A DNA stretch of 64,000 nucleotides, from positions 205,344,001 to 205,408,000 of the forward strand of contig OZ024740.1 of the NCBI GenBank assembly GCA_964016885.1, in the 5' to 3' direction. Below, in pieces: positions 56,955 through 64,000 of the stretch (position 1 is the stretch's first letter; each line of letters opens with the position of its first letter). The DNA comes from Eledone cirrhosa. Taxonomy: Eukaryota. The notes under the pieces are model-generated. The model made no database searches and had not been told where the DNA came from. It was given only the letters and a program-made list of their open reading frames with translations. The position numbers were made by a program, and so were the translations under genes.

Positions 56955-56990
56955 TCTTCTGCTGAAGGACTAGTGTCTGAAACATAAAGA
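56955..56990 (+). ncRNA. Degenerate minimal hammerhead-like motif in a probable Neptune-type pLTR fragment
   Basis: UCUU-CUGCUGAA-GGAC-UAGU-GUCU-GAAAC-AUA-AAGA. Helix I (UCUU/AAGA) and helix II pair, but the core deviates from CUGAUGA. Lies after a pyrimidine-rich tract. Confidence 0.45.
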
Positions 56991-57090
56991 CTCCTTTCCT
57001 ACTATACCAAACATTAAACTAACACATTTTTCATTGTACGGTGTTGTTTGCTTTGCTGTTTCCGTTTACTTTTTGCATACAGATTATACA

Positions 57091-57225
57091 TATCATCATC
57101 ATCATCACCGTTTTACATCCATTTTTCCATGCTTGCCTGGGTTAGACGAGTTGTCCTGTTGTGGGCAATGCTAGGTCTTACTCATACAGAACTGATTTTG
57201 GCTTGGATGCCCTTCCTAACGCCAA
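57091..57225 (-). mobile_element. 3' tail fragment of the RTE/SINE family with (GAT)n tail
   Basis: (CAT)n-CACCGTTTTAC...GGGTTAGACG.GTTGTCCTGTTGTGGGCA is the reverse complement of 57920-58003. Confidence 0.8.
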
Positions 57226-57354
57226 TGTGCATATATATATATATATATATACTCCTGCGTTGTTGTTTTTTTATATTCCCATATATATATATATATAATT
57301 CTTCATTGTACTGTGTTGGTTGATTTGTTATTTCTATTTACTTTTTACACACAC

Positions 57355-58003
57355 GTGTAACAGTAATATGTGAACGATGGATGTGTAACAGTAATATACG
57401 TGAACGACAAAGCATAAATGAATTGAGAGAGAGACTGAGCATAAGAGGAATCAAATGCTGTGTGCAGGAGAGGCGGTTGCGCTGGTATGGACATGTGATG
57501 CGTATGAAGGATGACAGCTGCATAAAAAGGTGCAGAGCACTAGAAGTTGATGGAAACCGTGGAGTGGGGAGACCCAAGATGACCTGGGATGAGGTGATAA
57601 AAGCCGACCTTACCCAATTACACCTCTCAAAGACAATGACACACGACCGTGACTTCTGGCGTCACGCAATAATACAGAGTACCCGACCTCCCATGGGTAC
57701 AAGCTGAAGCATATAGACAATATGTCCCCACCGCAAGGTGGTCGTGGAGGTGCCACGGTAAAAAAGCACCCAGCCCACACTGTAAAGTGGACGTGTAGGC
57801 GCCACGAAAAAGCACCCAGCACTCACTGTAAATGAGGTTGGTGTTAGGAAGGGCATCCAGCTGTAGAAATCAAGCCAAATCAGTTCCTGTATGAGCAAGG
57901 CATGGTCAGCCGACCAGACACTGCCCACAACAGGACAACCCGTCTAACCCATGCTAGCGTGGAAGAACGGACGTAAAACGGTGATGATGATGATGATGAT
58001 GAT
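57355..58003 (+). mobile_element. 5'-truncated RTE-clade LINE (C-terminus, 3'UTR, (GAT)n tail)
   Basis: Peptide RWMCNSNIRERQSINELRE...ERRLRWYGHVMRM...GRPKMTW. (GAT)7 tail. The 5' junction duplicates an internal stretch (GTGTAACAGTAATAT..GTGAACGA). Confidence 0.9.
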
Positions 58004-58021
58004 ATATATATAATGCATGAG

Positions 58022-58730
58022 TGTAGCGAAATCTGTCCGCGCCTTGAACTTTGGGTGATACCTAAAGATTAAATTCTAGGTCAACACCCTTTTGGTGTAG
58101 ACAGGTTGATGCGTTGGCTATCCCCTCAAGGTGGGGAGACAGGAAGCGATAGCTATATAAAGCCTATATTTTCCCACTTTACACACAGAGACAGGATACA
58201 CAACTATGTAAAGATTAACCGCTAACTTCAGACCCCAGAGGTCTACAGAAAAGCCAGAGACATCGGAACATTACGCTAGCAACTATGTAAGGATTCACCA
58301 CTATCAACAGACCCCATGAGGTCTACAAATACACACACACACACACAGATTGGAGCCCTACTACTACAGACCATGTACAAGCCACAGTGGTCTACCACCA
58401 ATTACAGACCATTCAGAGATATACAAACCATATCTCTCTCTCTTACTAACTAGTCTCACAACTACTACCACAGACTCCAAATTCCAACAACAATTATCTG
58501 TCTCTCGCTGTTTTCACTCCAACAACAGACTACAACAGCCTCACATCAGCAGCAATAACTACATTAACAACTCTTGGTAACTGTTTTATATGTACTTTTT
58601 AATTGATTCACGTGAAGTAAACCATATATACCCAAATCATTTATTCTTTATATTTTCGTATTTACATTTATTCTTATTATTCATGTTAATACAATAACAA
58701 TTTCTTAATTCATTTTAACCCTTCGTTATA
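58022..58730 (+). mobile_element. Solo LTR (709 bp, Gypsy-like) with 4-bp TSD
   Basis: Termini TGTAGCGAA...TTCGTTATA (7/9 inverted match). TGAG on both flanks (58018-58021 and 58731-58734). TATATAAA at about 58154. Internal direct repeat of about 47 bp (58201 and 58280). Confidence 0.75.
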
Positions 58731-59137
58731 TGAGTATATTCCTTCCTTGTAAATCTTGGAGTCGAGATTGTTGTAGAGTAGAGGTTGTTGGAGAGTGGGT
58801 ACTGTTATAGAGTGGAGAAAGGCTACCTTGTTATGCCCACCTAAAGCCTCATTAGGTTCTTGATATTATTTCATTGAGCAAGTGTAGACAGCTGCTGACT
58901 ATTTTAATCTTGATGAAACAGTAGAAATATTGTATGCTATGCTAGAACATTTTTAACTAGTTGTCACTTAAGTTTTGTCTTTAACTCCTCTATAAGTTGT
59001 AGCCATGTCTGACTCCTGAACATACCAATCCTCTGGTACTCAGAAGTTGTATTGGGGATCGCAATCATAAGACACTATTTTATTTCACACTGCTTCAGGC
59101 CACACAACTGACAAAAGTGTGCTGAACTTGTAATTAA

Positions 59138-59342
59138 CCTTTTAGCATTTACATTACGCTATATTTACTATTATATTTTCATGGTAAAGGCTTTATCTCA
59201 CAGGATATTGAATCTATGAGATTTTGATATTTATTTTGGGAACAATACCGTAACATCTGTATGAGTGGCCAGTTACAGCCAGTTTGAACAGAAAGAGATG
59301 AGGGAATTCAGGCCGGATACAGCTGGTGTAAATGCTAAAGGG
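59138..59342. mobile_element. piggyBac-type MITE (205 bp)
   Basis: TTAA on both flanks. 16-bp TIRs CCTTTTAGCATTTACA and TGTAAATGCTAAAGGG with 1 mismatch. Confidence 0.85.
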
Positions 59343-59769
59343 TTAAAAGGGCTAGCCTTGTGACACATTATGTCACATGTAATCTCATTTAGGGTACACA
59401 TGTCTGTAGAATACTAAACAACTTGCATGTTAATTTCAAGCAGACTGTTCTATTGACTGTAACAATTGGAACACTGGTTGTCGGAGTTGACAGAGATCTA
59501 GCATAACTCTATGCTGCAAAGCATGGTGTCTGGTGCTCAACCGATACTGTCAATCAACTGCCCTAGTTATATAATAATGCCAGGATGGGCATCTGACCAT
59601 AGGCTAAATCTCTCAAAATATTCTCATCCTTTCCAATCCAGTAGAGAATAGACATAAAAATGGCAATGATGATGATGATGGCCCTCTTCTGTTGTTCAGC
59701 AGGACTACATATGGTTTGTGCTACTCAGAAAAAAAAAATTGTTTTATTAAGAGAATTGCGTTTTCAACA

Positions 59770-60145
59770 TTTCTCTGTGCTGGAAGGTCTTCATGATAGA
59801 GTTCATTGCTAGAACAGAAGTCTAGTAAGGCCTCTCCATTCATATTTAGATCAGGGGTCGCCATTCCTTCCAATCACTTATTTCCATGTCAGGTTATCAG
59901 TGCCATCATGTGCATTAAAGTCTCCCATCAGGATATATGACTCAGTCTTAACTACAACTAACGTTATCAAGGAAGGACCTGTATTCAGACTCAATATTTG
60001 GTGCAATAACTTGCACCACCCACAGAGACTTATCTTTCAGCCTAAGCTTCAAGAGGTAAATCCTCCCTCCTAATGGGATCCAGTCCATAACACATTCTGA
60101 CAGCTGGGGGCTTGTGAGTTTCCCCACTACCACCTGTGCAGTCAT
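59770..60145 (-). mobile_element. RTE-type apurinic-like endonuclease fragment
   Basis: Peptides ..VVQVIAPN..SEY..FLD.., LMGDFNAH.G.D...W..VIGRNG and N.NGEALLDFCSSNEL match APE motifs. Stops are present. Confidence 0.8.
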
Positions 60146-60197
60146 TTCTCAAAAGACTTTATATTGTTTTTTGTCTTACATTTCATCCTTCCCCAAT

Positions 60198-60470
60198 ACA
60201 TGACCCAGCCATCTCACAGCTCCACACATGACCCAGCCATCATCCTTCACTCTCTTCCTGTCACCCAGTCACTTTCCTCCTTCCTCCACACATGACCCAG
60301 CCATCTCACAGCATTCATCCTTCACTCTATTCCTATCACCCAGTCACTTTCCTCCTTCCTCCACACATGACCCAGCCATTTCACAGCATTCATCCTTCAC
60401 TCTATTCCTATCACCCAGTCACTTTCCTCCTTCCTCCACACATGACCCAGCCATCTCACAACATTCATCA
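60198..60470 (+). repeat. 75-bp tandem repeat, about 3.5 copies (C/T-rich)
   Basis: CATGACCCAGCCAT at 60291, 60366 and 60441, plus partial copies near 60199 and 60227. Confidence 0.93.
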
Positions 60471-61466
60471 CTGGCTCTATTCCCAACAACCTCTGCAATA
60501 TATTTAACTCTTAACATCCTGTAAAGATTTAGCAGGAAATATCTAAAAAATAGGTTTGTCAATTCATATTTTTATAGTATCTTTACTAGTAGACAAATCA
60601 TTGTGAAAATTTGCAGTATTAGGTGCATGGCTTTAATTTATCATGTGCTCTAATCATAGAGCCGTTTTGTATTTTTTAATATTGTCTTGCTAATGCGGTT
60701 TCATGTGGTACAGGACATTAAGAGATAACACTGATACAAAACAAATAAATACATAAAACCAAAGACCATATCTGTTATAGCTGTGTTGTTATCAAACACT
60801 GTAATTTGTTAAACATTGTTAAACCAACTTAATAAAGACAATAGTTACAAAATATTTATTTTACTGCTCTTCTTATTTCCTAAAACACAGAATGAAATAT
60901 TTCACTGCAGAGGAAAATAGTCCAACAGTTCAGTGAGGTCTGCTATGTTGGCTTTTTTGTTTTTTGTTAAATATAAATATGGAAATCACCCTGGAAGTAT
61001 TTCAAGTCCACAAGATATTTCAGTTGTATGAGAAATATGAAAGAAGAATTGAAGTTAGAAGAAGCAACAGCTCTCAGATTTTAACGTGACATCCCAAGGA
61101 ACATCTGCATTGCAATAGTGCCGATACTTAGAGTGAAAAGTCCCTTGCAGAATAATAGTGTCCAAGAGCCCAAGTGACCAGCGTGTATGAGAATCCTAGC
61201 AAAATAGAATTAGAATAATTAGAACCAGCGTTAGACAATAATAGACTTACATCATTTGTGCACATTGACATGGAAGTTCCTTTAGTCTAAGGTGGACATG
61301 ACAGCCTTAGTGGCAGTGACACAATAGTTCACATAGTTTCCATTCAGCACTCATAAAGTGGTGGATGAACAAACCAAGACAACAAAAAAGAGAGAGGAAC
61401 CCCTTGGATCTGCCAAGCACCCAACAACTTCACAAGTGTTGGTGCCGTAATAAAATGTACCCAGTG

Positions 61467-63193
61467 TCATCATCATCATCATCATCTTCGTTTAACGTCC
61501 ATCTTCCACGCTGGGAACTGGGAACTTTTTACCGTGTTACCTACACGGCCACATTACAGCGTGGACTGTGTGTTTTTTGTTGACACCTACATGATCGCGA
61601 TCTCATTATATCATTTATTTGGCCTGGATGTTGTGGTACCAACTTTACAGAGAGAGGGTGGTGTTGGTGGGAGTGGGAGGATAGGGTAGGAGTAGTGGAT
61701 TGGGGTGTATATTTGGTTAAGAGGTGCCTACTGACTGTAGGTTTCACTTTGTACATAGGCAAGGCAGGTCTTTTGTATTACTGCGTGGCGCCAAAGATCT
61801 CGGTCCAGTGACATTGTCTTAGAGAGGTGCAAGTGTATAAGGTCGGAATTTATCAAATCGTCCCAGGTTTTTAGTGGGTCTACCTACTCCGTAACTTCCA
61901 TCAATTTTGATCGCCCTACACTTTTTTATAGAGCTGTCGTCTTTCATGCGCATCACGTGACCATACCAACGTAGTCTTCTCTCAAGTAAACAGCATCTGA
62001 TCCCTCTTATTCCTAATTTCTCACTTAGTTCATTTATGCTTTGCCGTTCACGTATATTACTATTACACATCCAACGGAGCATGCATGCTTCATTCCTTTC
62101 CAGTCTGCGCAGGTCCTCTGCACGCAATGCCCATGTCTCACTGCCATGTAGCATTGCTGTTCGTATACAAGCATCATACAATCTGCCTTTCATTTTTAGA
62201 GAGAAACCTTTAGTGGCCAATAGTGGTATAAGCTCTCTGAACTTTTTCCATCCCGTTCTGACTCCTGTACTTTCAGAGCACCCTCCACCACTGCTGATTT
62301 GTCACCCAGGTAACGGAAAGTGCCCACTATTTCTATAGAACCATCTGGGCAATAGAAAGAGCTAGTATCCTGTGGGCACTTGCTACTTATTAAACCTGAG
62401 CATCGGCCACATATAAAATCTACGTTCTTAGATAGTTTACCTATGATCCCACTACATCTTTTATGTACCCATAGTTTGCATTTGGGACATAAAATGGAAT
62501 TTCTACCTACTCCATTCTTACACACTGAGCATGGCCATTTCCCTGAGAGCACCTGTACCCTATTTTCCTTCCTACATACTAGAACTTTAGTCTTAGACAA
62601 GTTAACTTTAAAGCCTTTTGATTCTAGGCCATGCTTCCATGTTTGGAATTTCTTCTCTAGTTCAGCCATAGATTCAGCTATGAGTGTTAGAACATCTGTG
62701 TATAGGAGCTCCCATGGGCAGCCGGTCTTAAACTCCTCTGTTATAGCCTGAAGGGCAATAATAAATAGGAGGGGGTTAAGGACAGAGCCTTGATGAACCA
62801 CCAACTTTTACACTAAATTCTTCACAATATTCATTGTTAATTCTAACCTTACTGACTGTTTCATTATACATAGCTTGTATAGCTCTCAGAAGCTATTCAT
62901 CTACACCTAGTTTTCTAAGAGCCCACCAGATAATGGAGCGGGAGACTCTGTCAAAGGCTTTCTCCAGGTCTACAAAAGCTAAGTAGAGGGGGTTTACTTT
63001 TAGCTAGGTACTTCTCCTGTAGTTGTCGTACAAGGAAAAGAGCGTCTGTGGTACTTTTACCTGACACAAACCCAAACTGCATTTCATCTAGATCAATTTG
63101 CTCTGTGACCTTCATGACCTGATCAACTAACTTAATGCCTCTATAGTTTCCCCTATCTAGAGCATCCCCTTTACCCTTGTAGCAGTTAATGAT
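61467..63193 (-). mobile_element. RTE-clade LINE, 5'-truncated and frameshifted: RT + PHD-like finger + C-terminus + (GAT)n tail
   Basis: Peptides YKGKGDALDRGNYRGIKL, QFGF, AFVDLEKAFDRV, HQGSVLNPLLF, LLYTDV (from YADD), CSVC..CPKC..VHKRC..CGRC and RLRWYGHVMRM. Tail at 61467-61486. Confidence 0.92.
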
Positions 63194-63238
63194 GTACTCT
63201 GTAAAATGGATAATCAAACAGAGACAACATAAGATAGG

Positions 63239-63478
63239 AAAAAAAAACACTTGGCTGGAAACCAGTATCCTAGTGATAATGACATCATATCTGCTGTTGA
63301 TGACTTTTTTGACCCACAGGATGAAAGCTTCTTCACCAATGGGATCCAAGCACTGCAATACTGATGGAAGAAGTGTGTGGACATAAGGGGGACTATGTTG
63401 AAAAATAAACCTCTTCATTTGGTCACATTCCATGAGAGTATCTCGGTCAGCCTATGAACTTTTCAGCTGACCCTCATA
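63239..63478 (+). mobile_element. 3' end of a mariner (Tc1/mariner) element: transposase C-terminus + right TIR
   Basis: KKHLAG.QY.SD.D...AV..FF..QDESFF..GIQAL..*WKKCVD..GDYVEK* is the mariner C-terminal signature. TIR ...GAACTTTTCAGCTGACCCTCATA is followed by TA. Confidence 0.85.
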
Positions 63479-63505
63479 TATACACATATAATTATATACA
63501 TACAT

Positions 63506-64000
63506 AGAGAGAATTGATCTAGATGAAATGCAGTTCGGGTTTGTGTCAGACAAAAGTACCACAGACGCTCTTTTCATTGTACGACAACTACAGGAGAAGT
63601 ACCTAGCTAAAAGTAAACCCCTATACTTAGCTTTCGTCGACTTGGAGAAAGCCTTCGACAGAGTCCCCCGTTCCATTATCTGGTGGTCTCTTAGAAAACT
63701 AGGTGTTGACGAATGGCTTGTGAGAGCTATACAAGCCATGTATAAAGAAACAGTCAGTAAGGTTAGAATTAACAACGAATATAGTGAAGAGTTTAGCGTA
63801 AAAGTTGGTGTCCATCAGGGCTCTGTTCTTAGCCCCCTACTATTTATTATTGCCCTTCAGGCTATAACAGAGGAGTTCAAGACCGGCTGCCCATGGGAAC
63901 TCCTATACGCAGATGATCTAACGCTCATAGCTGAATCAATGACCGAACTAGAGAAGAAATTCCAAACATGGAAGCACGGCCTAGAATCAAAAGGCCTTAA
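63506..64000 (+). mobile_element. Younger RTE-clade LINE RT segment, open reading frame running off the window
   Basis: RIDLDEMQFGF...AFVDLEKAFDRVPR...GVHQGSVLSPLLF...WELLYADDL...ESKGL with no stop. Same family as the minus-strand copy. Confidence 0.92.

Overview
Repeat-dominated eukaryotic DNA, most likely from an octopod cephalopod (inferred from the SINE, RTE and Penelope families, not from a database search). Bases 1-37914 are one uninterrupted satellite array of TGGTGTCA(GT)n. The unit is mostly 18 bp, with 16-24 bp variants, about 2,000 units in total, and rare variants reveal nested duplications of 0.4-7.5 kb. All long ORFs there are artefacts of a stop-free unit. Bases 37915-64000 are a patchwork of decayed mobile elements: Tx1, RTE, CRE-like and Penelope retroelement fragments, tRNA-derived SINEs with TSDs, a solo LTR, a piggyBac-type MITE, a mariner end, a possible Merlin remnant and minisatellites. 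No intact host gene is evident. The most interesting signal is a set of ORF-less fold-back elements inserted in (TA)n tracts, each carrying minimal type I hammerhead-ribozyme motifs in inverted arms. Family A lies at 42829-44921 with perfect 113-bp arms. Family B lies at 48806-49131 and 49643-49965, the second copy being a perfect 231-bp palindrome. They look like non-autonomous Penelope-like derivatives whose inverted arm was copied from the same template at insertion.
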